Source: a virus (Duplodnaviria; Caudoviricetes). Taken from it: a DNA stretch of 64,000 nt. How positions within the stretch are numbered: position 1 is the stretch's first letter; the number at the start of each line of letters is the position of its first letter. Below, one piece after another: positions 1 to 9,746 of this stretch. Location of the stretch: the IMG/VR virus record IMGVR_UViG_3300029305_003192; one strand, 5' to 3'. Under the pieces are notes generated by a model that did not search any database, was not told the origin of the DNA, and was given only the letters and a program-made list of their open reading frames with translations. A program made the translations under genes and the position numbers.

Positions 1-204
1 AGTCTCATTCCATTCAGTTGGTTTATGACACTGCACACATGAACCATGTGTCTTTCCAGTGTCCACATAATAAAAATAACGAGCAACTGAATATCCATCC
101 GGAATTGTATCCGGATGGAGTCTTTCAATATGCTCACCCCAGCCTGAGAGAGATTTGAATCTCATACCACAGACAGGGCATTTATATACACTAACCTTTC
201 TCAT
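1..204 (-). CDS. N-terminal part of a zinc-finger protein (C2H2 plus CxxC); runs off the window edge
   Basis: Own translation from ATG 204 after AGGAG: MRKVSVYKCPVCGMRFKSLSGWGEHIERLH...GSCVQCHKPTEWNET; open to position 1; not in the ORF track. Confidence 0.8.
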   Translation of the reverse strand, partial: MRKVSVYKCPVCGMRFKSLSGWGEHIERLHPDTIPDGYSVARYFYYVDTGKTHGSCVQCHKPTEWNET

Positions 205-224
205 AGGTCAATCTCTCCTATCAG

Positions 225-1538
225 TTAGAATTTTGCATTGATACGTCCGAGCTTAGGTGCAGCAGCTGCATTAACATCGAGATAATCGCTCTTCTTATAA
301 TTTGTCTTGGCAACAGTATTTGACACCGTCTTAGCCGCATTGGCTATACCCCTACCAGCATTCTGGGCTTTACGTTTAACGCCCTTTCTGAATCCGAGCT
401 CAAGTTTATCCTCATCATTAGTAAGATTACGGTCAACTGCATGCTCCTTAAACTTTCTAAGAAGTTTCTTATCCTCAACATCACTCGCTCCACCAAGGCA
501 CGCCTTAACTACCATACGGCAATTAACAAGCTGCTCCGTATATGATGATACAAGGAAGTTTACCATAGTAGAGAAGAAGTTGAGACTCTTAGTCATATTG
601 AGAATCGATGTTGCGGAACCCTTCTCTGCAGTCTGCTGGGAGTTATTAGTAATGCTCTCAATATCACTCTTCATCTTATCCTGATACATCTTGAGTCTGT
701 CGATGAAGTGATGACAGTTCTGTATACGGGTATTGAAGTTCATGATGAACTTAGAGCAGTTATTATACAGCTGCTGGTCAAGCACCATCTCAACACTACC
801 CTCACCTTTAGGAGCATTCTCGTTGTTATCAACAGATGCTGATATCTGCATACCTCGATGCTTCTGTTGAATGGCTTTGATTAGATGAGAGAACGTTTCG
901 ACTTTACCAAATTCAGAACCAAGAACTCTAGCCACTTCCTTCGCAGTGTTAGCATGTACTGGCTTCTTCTTATATTCGTCCATCTTGGTATTATATTCCT
1001 CAGCGGACATCTGACCATTAATGGACTTACGATAGAGACCGATACAAGCAGTGAGGTCGTTGGTATATTCATTATATACCCTATCAAGTGCCTGCACCGC
1101 CTTATTAAGAATATCAAAGTTGTATCTTCGATTCTTCTTAACCAAGTCGAATCGGGGTTTATACTTCTTCTGAAGCTCCTTGATTTCTCTGTCATATGCA
1201 AGCTTTGACTGAGAAATATACTGAAGCTTACCCTTGATATTAGTGATGACCTTCATTACCATATCCTGGAGGAACTGGAATATCTTCTTTATCTTCTCGA
1301 TAAGATTGAAGTCTTTCTTCTCATTAGCTTCTCCAGATGCAGTGGGTTTAGCTTCATTCTTATTATCAGTAGTATTTGGTGCAGTGGTAGATGTATTGGT
1401 CGTAGATGCATTAGACGGGGTACCAGTCTGACCAGCTTCTTCCATTGCAGGACTCATTGGAATATCGTTAATGATTGCGTCCAATAAGTCATTATTGAAA
1501 CGGTAGCTTTCAATAGCTTCCGATAATATAGCATTCAT
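225..1538 (-). CDS. Putative virion head/inner-body protein with AxE propeptide sites
   Basis: 437 aa helical protein; N-terminal AIE/AME motifs followed by a T/N/P-rich linker; AACA-N6-TA motif upstream. Confidence 0.55.
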   Translation of the reverse strand: MNAILSEAIESYRFNNDLLDAIINDIPMSPAMEEAGQTGTPSNASTTNTSTTAPNTTDNKNEAKPTASGEANEKKDFNLIEKIKKIFQFLQDMVMKVITNIKGKLQYISQSKLAYDREIKELQKKYKPRFDLVKKNRRYNFDILNKAVQALDRVYNEYTNDLTACIGLYRKSINGQMSAEEYNTKMDEYKKKPVHANTAKEVARVLGSEFGKVETFSHLIKAIQQKHRGMQISASVDNNENAPKGEGSVEMVLDQQLYNNCSKFIMNFNTRIQNCHHFIDRLKMYQDKMKSDIESITNNSQQTAEKGSATSILNMTKSLNFFSTMVNFLVSSYTEQLVNCRMVVKACLGGASDVEDKKLLRKFKEHAVDRNLTNDEDKLELGFRKGVKRKAQNAGRGIANAAKTVSNTVAKTNYKKSDYLDVNAAAAPKLGRINAKF

Positions 1539-1566
1539 ATCGCTTATTCCTTTCGATAAAAAATAT

Positions 1567-1578
1567 TAATGGTTTGTT
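1567..1578 (-). promoter_or_regulatory. Putative late promoter AACA-N6-TA
   Basis: AACAAACCATTA just downstream of a hairpin and upstream of a putative structural gene; motif recurs. Confidence 0.55.
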
Positions 1579-1591
1579 ACGGGGAATAAAT

Positions 1592-1623
1592 ATGAGGGTT
1601 ACCCATTGTAGGGTAACCCTCAT
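1592..1623. terminator. Intergenic hairpin, 13-bp stem
   Basis: ATGAGGGTTACCC...GGGTAACCCTCAT. Confidence 0.7.
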
Positions 1624-1628
1624 TACTA

Positions 1629-2168
1629 TTATAAACGAGTTTCTATCATAAGCTGTATGCTATATGTACTATTACCAGGATGAACCAGTATGTCAACTGG
1701 ACGATGGTCTGGGTCGGCTTCTTTACCTTTATACAGATTAGCATTTATGATAAGGAGTCTTTCGAACTTACTCAGATCAACTCTAGTATCATTCTTCATA
1801 CGGTTGACGTACTCAATGACCGCTCTCGAGCCGAAATGTAGAACCGTATCAACATATGCGTCTCTACCATCACGGTAATCATCATAATCAATTTCTCGAC
1901 CAGAAGCTTTAGCTTTGCTATCAACCCTGCGATTATGATCGATGATTGCAGTCAGATGATGTAGTAAATATACGAGCACTGCATGTGAGTTGATATTTTC
2001 AGGATTACCTATAAATTCTGGAAGACAAATGTCCGTACCTTCGGATATATCTGAGCTATTAACGAAGAAGTCGGAATAGCTATAGATATCTTTCGTGATG
2101 ATTCTATGCTTAATAGCATCATCATTATCAGTATCTGATGAAATAGTAAATCTTATATCGTCTGTCAT
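1629..2168 (-). CDS. Hypothetical protein
   Basis: 179 aa ORF, start overlaps the stop of the RNAP gene. Confidence 0.7.
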   Translation of the reverse strand: MTDDIRFTISSDTDNDDAIKHRIITKDIYSYSDFFVNSSDISEGTDICLPEFIGNPENINSHAVLVYLLHHLTAIIDHNRRVDSKAKASGREIDYDDYRDGRDAYVDTVLHFGSRAVIEYVNRMKNDTRVDLSKFERLLIINANLYKGKEADPDHRPVDILVHPGNSTYSIQLMIETRL

Positions 2169-4576
2169 TACTTCTTATCCTCCTTCTCCGACACTGTAAT
2201 CATATCCTGATACTGTCCATAGATAGCATCGCGAACACAGCGTACGATGTATGATGGAATCTCAAGGAACTTGAAATCTTCAGAGTTCTTGATATCCTTA
2301 AAGATAGCTGGGTCACCTGGTGTTGCACCGTCTCTGAGAGCACGGGTGTATCTGTCAACCAGGAATACATAGTATTTACGGTTAATCGGCGTATCGATAA
2401 AGGTATAGCCATACACCTTTATGAACTGACGGATATTCGCAATTTCATCTTCTCTTAATGAAAGATTGGTCACGAATTTATATCCGATACCCATAACCTT
2501 AAGACGAGCCTTGAGTGCAAGTACGTTATCGTTAACGTAGTTACTCTTAATCTTAAATGAACCAATATTCATTGGGTCACCTGTAGCACTGATAATCTTA
2601 CCAAGTGCCTTACGTCCAAGTACAGATGTACGTGTCCATACATTATGCTCTGCGAGTACTACTGGAGCAATCTGTGTCTGAAGGTCAGCGATTTCTGAAA
2701 TACATACAGGTGTATTACTATTACATATACGATTCTCCTTCTTATCAGATGACTTAGTAGGTAAACCCGCCTTAGATGTAGTACCAGTTGAACGTGCAGA
2801 GAAGTTCTTGTTGGATGTCTGCTTGAGCAGGAACATGTACTTGTATCCGACAACCATCTTCTTCATGAGAGGTTTCTTCATTCCGAAGATGTTTACATAG
2901 AGCTGGTATGGCTCTACAATATCGGCATAGATCTTATAGAGTTTCTGGAACGCGTCGAATCTGAGCTGAGCTGCAGGAGACTTAATGAAATAGTATCCAT
3001 CTCTCTCAACGGATTCGACAATCTTACGCTTGATTTCCTTATCTTCAACGTATGTGTCACCATCAACTCTTACCCTGAACTGGTGTAAGAATACCTTACA
3101 CTGTTCGGCGTTGATATAGCCAATGAATCTGAGAATTTCGTCCATCTTAGTGTCAACATTATCAAGTGTAGTAATCCACTTACGGTGACATTCGGCAAGG
3201 AAGTTGAGGTCAACTTCATACAACTGGTCGGTATTCTCACGACGGAACGCACCTGTAGCATTGAGCACAATATCAAGTGGTGTACCGTCTTCCATGTAGT
3301 ACATACTTTCATCATCAACGATGTCAATATGTGTGTTATTGAGATTGCTTACATCGATACCGAGGGACTCGACCAGAAGACTTGTGAATGTATCGAATTC
3401 TTCCTTGTCGATTTCCTCGTTAGGACCTCCATCACCGATAACCTTGGAAACTACACCTTTATCACCATAACGTCCTACGAACTTACAACCTTCCTTAGGG
3501 AAGCAGGTTGTTTTTGTCTTGAAGACCAATACGATGTTAGAGAAGGGCTTGTCTCTCATTTTCCATTTCTTCGTTGGGTCATTATATCTATCGAAACGCT
3601 TACGCTGGAATGTGACATTATCTGTGTAGCGAGAACCACTCTGCTTAATCTTAGTAGCAGCTTCGAACACCCTATCAGCGTATGTGCAGCAATATTCATA
3701 GTATTTAATGAGCTGTGCGTTATAAATTGTGTCTGGGATGGGTTCATCCCCATTATAGTACACATCGATGTCATATACTACTGTGCCGAGCTTGGTACAG
3801 TATTTATTGTCAGTATTGCAGATATCATGAACGTTCTTCTCACGGAAGTCATATGTTGCATACATGGAGTTATATCTTCTGGTAGCACAAAGAATCTCAA
3901 CGTCATTGATTACTTCACCTACGTCAGGGAAGGATTTATCTCCATGAATAAAGAGGAGAATATCGTTGTCGTTGATAGATACTGTAGTCTGTCCTACTTC
4001 AACATATCCAAAGTCCTTAAGATATCCGCGACGGATTTTGATACCGTCTTCATATGTCGCTACGTCGTTACTGTATGCGACTAAAGCATTCTTACCAAGA
4101 CGATAGTTCATATGTTCATCATATGATGTAGACTTGAAGAGAATTGGGTCGGTTGTCTTATCGCCAACATTGAGGCTATCCATGCCTTCAGTATTATACT
4201 GATAGCCAAAGCTCTCTGCAATGTATCTAGCCTGCTGCTTCTCAATCATATCATATGTATCAGTCTCAGCGTTGTAGAGAATGAGCATATATACATTATC
4301 GTCTCCGAATTTTTGAATTTTGTCAACTACTTCCCATTCGCCTTTGAGTTCTTTATAGGCGTGAGAGTATTTACCAAATGCACGTTCATGTCCTGTCTGA
4401 ACACGTGCGATGTCTGGATTAAGAAGTGTCACGTACTGCTTCTGGTTCTGAGTAGCCATGAAGAGACGTGAGCCGTTGGAGCCACCTGGGTACAAGATAG
4501 AACTTGGACCATAGCAATGCTCCATATTACTTATGCGGTGATTAACTTCCTCGTATACGCTTTTATCATATCCCAT
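2168..4576 (-). CDS. Phage multisubunit RNA polymerase beta-like subunit, C-terminal half (probably non-virion RNAP)
   Basis: RpoB motifs SRLFMATQNQKQ, TGHE, GKNALVAY, TYEDG, GCKFVGRYGDKGVVS, DGTPLDIVLN, GYKYMFLLKQ, SARSTG. Confidence 0.9.
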   Translation of the reverse strand: MGYDKSVYEEVNHRISNMEHCYGPSSILYPGGSNGSRLFMATQNQKQYVTLLNPDIARVQTGHERAFGKYSHAYKELKGEWEVVDKIQKFGDDNVYMLILYNAETDTYDMIEKQQARYIAESFGYQYNTEGMDSLNVGDKTTDPILFKSTSYDEHMNYRLGKNALVAYSNDVATYEDGIKIRRGYLKDFGYVEVGQTTVSINDNDILLFIHGDKSFPDVGEVINDVEILCATRRYNSMYATYDFREKNVHDICNTDNKYCTKLGTVVYDIDVYYNGDEPIPDTIYNAQLIKYYEYCCTYADRVFEAATKIKQSGSRYTDNVTFQRKRFDRYNDPTKKWKMRDKPFSNIVLVFKTKTTCFPKEGCKFVGRYGDKGVVSKVIGDGGPNEEIDKEEFDTFTSLLVESLGIDVSNLNNTHIDIVDDESMYYMEDGTPLDIVLNATGAFRRENTDQLYEVDLNFLAECHRKWITTLDNVDTKMDEILRFIGYINAEQCKVFLHQFRVRVDGDTYVEDKEIKRKIVESVERDGYYFIKSPAAQLRFDAFQKLYKIYADIVEPYQLYVNIFGMKKPLMKKMVVGYKYMFLLKQTSNKNFSARSTGTTSKAGLPTKSSDKKENRICNSNTPVCISEIADLQTQIAPVVLAEHNVWTRTSVLGRKALGKIISATGDPMNIGSFKIKSNYVNDNVLALKARLKVMGIGYKFVTNLSLREDEIANIRQFIKVYGYTFIDTPINRKYYVFLVDRYTRALRDGATPGDPAIFKDIKNSEDFKFLEIPSYIVRCVRDAIYGQYQDMITVSEKEDKK

Positions 4577-4606
4577 GATCCTTTTACCTCCTAGAAATTT
4601 AAGTCA

Positions 4607-4783
4607 TCATTTAGCAACGAACTTGTTGCAATTAGATATTGCTCCAGAGCAATTCATACACTTGCTAACGGGGCAATTCTTATCTTTTCCAGTAGGTCCA
4701 TGGTCACACTGCATACACTTGCAAGTTGCACACGTGCCAGGGTCATTAATTCCTCCCATGAGGAGGTTAGCAATAATACCCAT
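4607..4783 (-). CDS. Small 58-aa protein with 8 Cys (putative metal-binding)
   Basis: Own translation MGIIANLLMGGINDPGTCATCKCMQCDHGPTGKDKNCPVSKCMNCSGAISNCNKFVAK with AAGGAGG RBS; below the ORF-track cutoff. Confidence 0.75.
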   Translation of the reverse strand: MGIIANLLMGGINDPGTCATCKCMQCDHGPTGKDKNCPVSKCMNCSGAISNCNKFVAK

Positions 4784-4811
4784 AATTCTTATTCCTCCTT
4801 TAATAAAAGTT

Positions 4812-4842
4812 AAACGACCTAATCGTTATGATTAGGTCGTTT
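4812..4842. terminator. Intergenic hairpin
   Basis: AAACGACCTAATC...GATTAGGTCGTTT. Confidence 0.7.
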
Positions 4843-4854
4843 TAAGCGTATAAA

Positions 4855-5436
4855 TTAACTCTCGTGAAGCACGAGTTTCTTAACTGCTATCTTGAGCATT
4901 TCTCTGATTTGGGATTTAGCCACAATAATACATCCGGGTTCGAACGTAGTATCACTTTCGTTGAATTTTGGCGGATCTACTAGCATACACGAATGGGTAA
5001 TTGGATGAAGAATGAATACTCTACCGAAATCATCGAGCATTTTCATGAATCCTTCAGTGAGAGCATCAATCGCCAGACCATTAAATGGTTCAACCATTCG
5101 GGCAAGGTCTAAACATGGTATATTGATACGAACGAGAGGGTCTACCGTAAATGCCGCAGCTGAGTCGCTAGTATCCTCAAATTCGATCCACGATGCATCG
5201 GATATACTGAGAGATATTCGTCCCCTATCTTTATCGATATCCATTTTACAAATAAACTTTGCAAGCTGCACACTATCGAAATGGATAAACATCCAGCAAA
5301 GCCTTTCAGGATGCTTTTCTATATCGAATTTCCTAGGAGCCTCAAACGTAAACTGTGATTTAGACGTCGAAGTTATTAACACATCTGCCAAGATGTGATG
5401 AGATTCATATAAAGCCGTAGGGCATATAGTAGTCAT
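4855..5436 (-). CDS. Hypothetical protein, member of ~190-aa paralog array
   Basis: Shares hP..L...hh.E motif (IPCLDLARM...LAIDALTEGF). Confidence 0.7.
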   Translation of the reverse strand: MTTICPTALYESHHILADVLITSTSKSQFTFEAPRKFDIEKHPERLCWMFIHFDSVQLAKFICKMDIDKDRGRISLSISDASWIEFEDTSDSAAAFTVDPLVRINIPCLDLARMVEPFNGLAIDALTEGFMKMLDDFGRVFILHPITHSCMLVDPPKFNESDTTFEPGCIIVAKSQIREMLKIAVKKLVLHES

Positions 5437-5970
5437 TTACAAGACACATCCTCTCTTATTACACTCAAAGATATTTCTGACTGCGATATCAAAGATATCA
5501 AACAACTGCTGTTCATCGAATTCTGGAGGCTCGATTGTGATTAGCGTATTATTCGCATCCATCATATATGATGGTAGCTCACTAAGTATCATATGCTGAA
5601 ATTCTTCCACCAGTATATCAATAGCGTATGAACGGCATCGGTCATTGAACGATACTAGATCATATATTGGTATTTGTACCTCTGTAATCTTGGTACTATC
5701 TGACAAGGAATTGCCTTCAGCAACCATTAATCGTATAACGTTGAGTTCAACAATGTCGTTGCGGTAAGAACCCATAAACACTGTCATTCTGGAAATGACT
5801 TCGTTACTTAAGAGCGATTCTGTTGTCAGATTAACTTGTATCGTCGTAATTATGCTCGTACTATGATTATCAGTAATCGTTTCAATTGGAACGATTGTCA
5901 TATTGGCTCTAGCTTTCGGTATAAACGTGTAGTTATATTTGATACACTTGATGTTAGTTACATTTGACAT
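5437..5970 (-). CDS. Hypothetical protein, paralog array member
   Basis: IPIYDLVSF...YAIDILVEEFQHMILSELP; start chosen by RBS. Confidence 0.7.
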   Translation of the reverse strand: MSNVTNIKCIKYNYTFIPKARANMTIVPIETITDNHSTSIITTIQVNLTTESLLSNEVISRMTVFMGSYRNDIVELNVIRLMVAEGNSLSDSTKITEVQIPIYDLVSFNDRCRSYAIDILVEEFQHMILSELPSYMMDANNTLITIEPPEFDEQQLFDIFDIAVRNIFECNKRGCVL

Positions 5971-5993
5971 AAGCATTCTCCTTTGATTTAATA

Positions 5994-6563
5994 TTAGTGG
6001 GCAACGGATACCGCAGATGCAATAGCCTCGCGTAACTGAGTGGTTGTAGTAATTTGCTCTCCCAGTGTCAGAGGTGCACTACCAATTGTTAAAACGCACC
6101 TCTCAACCGCTTTAACCATATTACCATTACCCGTAACTACAAACGGTAATTGGAATGTGACTATATCAGCAAGTTCCTCGGCGAGTATTTGCTTCGCATG
6201 CTGCATCATACGACCTCCAGAACGCATCAGATTAATGAGCGGATAGGCCGATTCATGTATCAGATAACAATCGTCCGGTCTTGGTAATGGGCGTTCATCG
6301 ACGTTAATTTTATCATATATCTGCAAGTATACATCTAGGTTACCACTACCTTTCCCAGGTGTTGCTAACCATACTTCCATATATTTGATCGGGTTTCCGT
6401 CCAGATAAATGACAAGGTTGACTAATCTCTGAGTATGATTCAAATCCTTATTATAGCGGGCCTCTTCTTCAGAGATGGCATATAAAGCCATCTCTACACT
6501 AGACTGAGGAGTCAATAAATTTCCCACATCAATACAGTTGATTTTTCTTATAGGCGATGCCAT
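5994..6563 (-). CDS. Hypothetical protein, paralog array member
   Basis: YPLINLMRS...QILAEELADIVTFQLPFVV. Confidence 0.7.
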   Translation of the reverse strand: MASPIRKINCIDVGNLLTPQSSVEMALYAISEEEARYNKDLNHTQRLVNLVIYLDGNPIKYMEVWLATPGKGSGNLDVYLQIYDKINVDERPLPRPDDCYLIHESAYPLINLMRSGGRMMQHAKQILAEELADIVTFQLPFVVTGNGNMVKAVERCVLTIGSAPLTLGEQITTTTQLREAIASAVSVAH

Positions 6564-7126
6564 TATACTCTCCTCCTTTTAGTGGTTTCGGGAATATCAT
6601 CGGTTTCAGCACCATACCTATGTACGAGTGTATGAATGATATCAGGTTTCATATCTGCATTCTGGAAAGCATTATCCTTGCCATTACCGTCTGTATCAAG
6701 AATGCGAATAACACCCATTTTGTCTTTGATTACTATTGGAAGTAACAGGTTGGCAAACATCCATCTGATTTCTTCTTCGATAATCATTGCAGTATATTCA
6801 GTATACCTGCTATTGCCACATACACGTGTGAGCTGTCTGATTGGGAGCTGGTCAGAGGTGCAAAGAATTGTCTTTTCCATACCCCTCATGGTAAACATCT
6901 GGATGCAGAATGTGTCTATCGCGTCATTGCTCGAGTTAGGTACCAGCTCCAAATCTACATGGATTGTAGCAATCTCCCCACCCGACTCGTTGTCAATGTT
7001 TATCTCAAGCATCGATGGTGCTTGTTTCACTTCTCCCTCTGTAACGGCCTCTCTTCCAACCCAGACACAGATGCCTGAGTCGGTTTTAAATATTTCCTCT
7101 GTTTCGATATAGAATGCATGTTTCAT
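6563..7126 (-). CDS. Hypothetical protein, paralog array member
   Basis: LPIRQLTRV...YTAMIIEEEIRWMFANLLLPIVIKD; ATG 7126 follows GGAGG. Confidence 0.7.
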   Translation of the reverse strand: MKHAFYIETEEIFKTDSGICVWVGREAVTEGEVKQAPSMLEINIDNESGGEIATIHVDLELVPNSSNDAIDTFCIQMFTMRGMEKTILCTSDQLPIRQLTRVCGNSRYTEYTAMIIEEEIRWMFANLLLPIVIKDKMGVIRILDTDGNGKDNAFQNADMKPDIIHTLVHRYGAETDDIPETTKRRRV

Positions 7127-7145
7127 TTCAAATACCTCCATTATT

Positions 7146-7691
7146 TTAGCAACTCATAAGTGTTATCGAATCTGCACCATACGCGTGTATCAGGATATAA
7201 CGTATCGCGTCGATGAGATTGAAATTGTTAATATAATCTGCCTGCTTACCCTGAGGTCTGATTAGGTGTCGTTTATGAGTAGGATTCATATCCGTGACTA
7301 TCATGGGAAGCATCTGCGTTGTAATAGCATGTTTGATCTCATGCTCCAGCATATAACATACATACTCAGTACCGCGTCCATTACATAACTTGGTTAGCTG
7401 TACTCCCGGAATAAATGGTGTCGCACAGATAAAATCCGTCCCGCCATCACTATTCGCAACTCTTGATATCGTGGCGTGGAAATCACCGTACTCACTCTTA
7501 TCGATATCAATATTAAATACATCAATCACCGGTCCTTCGGGATATGTGTGAATACATAACTGACATACTCTTTTATCCTTGCCGAATACTCCTCCCATGT
7601 ACGACTCCGCCGATGATTGGATTGTGAACACTGGGTCACAACTGTCAAATGTGGGGTCATCTGAAATTACCATCCATGCTTTTTGCATCAT
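7146..7691 (-). CDS. Hypothetical protein, paralog array member
   Basis: IPGVQLTKL...YVCYMLEHEIKHAITTQMLPMIVTD; ATG 7691 follows AAGGAG. Confidence 0.7.
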   Translation of the reverse strand: MMQKAWMVISDDPTFDSCDPVFTIQSSAESYMGGVFGKDKRVCQLCIHTYPEGPVIDVFNIDIDKSEYGDFHATISRVANSDGGTDFICATPFIPGVQLTKLCNGRGTEYVCYMLEHEIKHAITTQMLPMIVTDMNPTHKRHLIRPQGKQADYINNFNLIDAIRYILIHAYGADSITLMSC

Positions 7692-7722
7692 AATTTTTAC
7701 TCTCCTTTGATTCATATTTTAT

Positions 7723-9006
7723 TTATGCCTGGCTAATGATTTTAAGCTTACCATCACTACCTTCAGTAACATTCGCTGGAACGAGGTTGCCTGCCTCATC
7801 AATAACGAAGAGCTTACTGGAGTCAATGTTGGATACAGCTGTCTCATTATCCTTACAGCCTGCGATAGCGTCGAGTGCTGGCTGGATTGCAGCAAGCACT
7901 GCATTTCGGAACTTCTCGTCCTCCTCGAACTGCTTTCCGAATGTATTCTTAGCAAACTTTGTCACTTCTTTGTCAGTGTTAGCGAAGTAAAGAGCCTGTC
8001 CTCTACCCTCAATAAGACCGGCGTCCTTAGCGAACTGGTAGATTGAGTATATAGGATCATATCCAATATCTTCTCTGAATACGAGGTTTACTTCACCACC
8101 GATGAATGCTGTCTTAGACTTCGCAACCTGTACTGAACACAGGAATCCGTCAAATCCATACTCTTCGACTGTGAACGCTTTAGCCTTAGCCGCAGATGGG
8201 TTCATACGGAACATTGATGATGCATAGAAGATTGGAGCTTCACCTCTTGGGAGAGCTTCAGTATCCTTAAGCATCATAAGCTGTGGCTTGGAGAAGTCAA
8301 ACATATTAGCCTTAATCTTCGGTCTGAGGTGATTGATAGCGATAACGATGATATTGTACTTAGCACAAACACCGAGCATCTTCTTATAGAACTGACCGAT
8401 TTCCTTAGTTTCACGGTTAGCTGCCATACCACCTTCGAGTTCATCAACACTGGTATCTTTAGATACGAAGGATGGTAATGAGTCGATGATAATGACCGTT
8501 GGTACATAGACTTTTACCTTATCCTTACCGAATACCCTACCATCGATGGAGTACATTGCAGCCGAACCAAGTTCTTCCTTTTCTTTAGCAATAGCATTGA
8601 TTTGTGCCATTACTGTCTCAATATACGCATCGTCGTCGTTAAGAATGATACGTGGGTCATCTTCACTACTCTTTGTAATCTGATGAATACGTGGCTTGAA
8701 TGCAGTATGCTCGCAGTCAGCAACCACCATAAGACCGTCTTCGAAGCCATTGATGATATTATACGCCATCTGTGTGGCAAGCGTTGATTTACCGCCACCG
8801 GAACCTCCGATGATGGTAATGAACTTACCTCCCATAACGCCTGGGAGTACAGTTACGTGTTCGGTACCATCAGCATCTTTATGATATACCTTAAACGCAT
8901 TAACATAGTCGAGTGGTAAGAACCCCGTACTGTAGTTAGCGAAGATATTATCAAACTTGAAGATACCTTTCTTGTCATTCTTTCTTAAATTATCAATAAG
9001 TGCCAT
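7723..9006 (-). CDS. uvsX: RecA/UvsX-like recombinase
   Basis: YSTGFLPLD, Walker A GGSGGGKST, Walker B VIIIDS, IAINH motif. Confidence 0.85.
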   Translation of the reverse strand: MALIDNLRKNDKKGIFKFDNIFANYSTGFLPLDYVNAFKVYHKDADGTEHVTVLPGVMGGKFITIIGGSGGGKSTLATQMAYNIINGFEDGLMVVADCEHTAFKPRIHQITKSSEDDPRIILNDDDAYIETVMAQINAIAKEKEELGSAAMYSIDGRVFGKDKVKVYVPTVIIIDSLPSFVSKDTSVDELEGGMAANRETKEIGQFYKKMLGVCAKYNIIVIAINHLRPKIKANMFDFSKPQLMMLKDTEALPRGEAPIFYASSMFRMNPSAAKAKAFTVEEYGFDGFLCSVQVAKSKTAFIGGEVNLVFREDIGYDPIYSIYQFAKDAGLIEGRGQALYFANTDKEVTKFAKNTFGKQFEEDEKFRNAVLAAIQPALDAIAGCKDNETAVSNIDSSKLFVIDEAGNLVPANVTEGSDGKLKIISQA

Positions 9007-9008
9007 AT

Positions 9009-9194
9009 TTATCCTTCTCCTTTCACTATTAAAGCACTTGAGCGTGCACTGTGTATTATTGATATCAGGTCGAAAATAAAGTCGACCTTACGCCCATCTG
9101 ATAACTGGTTAAATTCCGAGTCATTAGAGCATCTCAATAGCTCAGACTCAATGAATTCTGCAGTGTCATTTGGTTTGTGTGTTACTAATCCCAT
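9009..9194 (-). CDS. Hypothetical protein
   Basis: 61 aa, GGAGG RBS, fills the gap in the operon. Confidence 0.6.
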   Translation of the reverse strand: MGLVTHKPNDTAEFIESELLRCSNDSEFNQLSDGRKVDFIFDLISIIHSARSSALIVKGEG

Positions 9195-9221
9195 TTTAGC
9201 ATCCTCCCTTAGTTAAAGTCA

Positions 9222-9629
9222 TTATTCGTCTACCTCCACGAGTTCGTATCTTACCTTAGCAACTCCATGATGTTCAAGGTCCCAATATGCCTTCTGGCAT
9301 ACTACTCGATAACACTCATCACCCTCGCATTCAAAAGTACCTTCAAGTACCTTTGGAACATAGCAATGACAAGGTGTATCGAATATGCTGAACGGGTCGA
9401 GACTTGTAGACACAAAGAAGTCTCTCCTGTCACAATGACTGCAAGCAGTATTCGTTACCGGGACAAGCGCGGACATTTTACTTCTTGTAGCATACGATTC
9501 GCTTGCAATCTTATTGAGCTTCTCGACCTTCTCACTTGCAAGTGGTTCGGTCATAAAGGTCTGACTTACGAACGTCTTTGTGGTAGTATTGTGGGTTTCG
9601 ACAATTTCCATGATTTTGTAATGCTTCAT
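9222..9629 (-). CDS. Hypothetical Cys-containing protein
   Basis: Start moved to ATG 9629 (GGGGAG RBS); CxxC, CxC and CxxxxC motifs. Confidence 0.65.
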   Translation of the reverse strand: MKHYKIMEIVETHNTTTKTFVSQTFMTEPLASEKVEKLNKIASESYATRSKMSALVPVTNTACSHCDRRDFFVSTSLDPFSIFDTPCHCYVPKVLEGTFECEGDECYRVVCQKAYWDLEHHGVAKVRYELVEVDE

Positions 9630-9700
9630 GTGTTTACTCTCCCCTTTAGACAAAGCAATTATATATGGATATAAAAAATTTACGTATATCGTATCATGTT

Positions 9701-9739
9701 TAATTACCATCAAAGGCATAACTCCTTTGATGGTAATTA
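9701..9739. terminator. Intergenic hairpin, 16-bp stem
   Basis: TAATTACCATCAAAGG...CCTTTGATGGTAATTA. Confidence 0.7.
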
Positions 9740-9746
9740 GTTGATA

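Noticed and set aside
1-220. Apparent cluster of hairpins suggesting an ncRNA
   Set aside because: The region is fully explained by a minus-strand zinc-finger ORF with an RBS
3185-4084. 299-aa plus-strand ORF and similar antisense ORFs throughout
   Set aside because: They lie opposite well-supported genes and have no RBS or motifs
4575-4835. 86-aa plus-strand ORF
   Set aside because: Antisense shadow of the 58-aa minus-strand gene, which has a strong RBS
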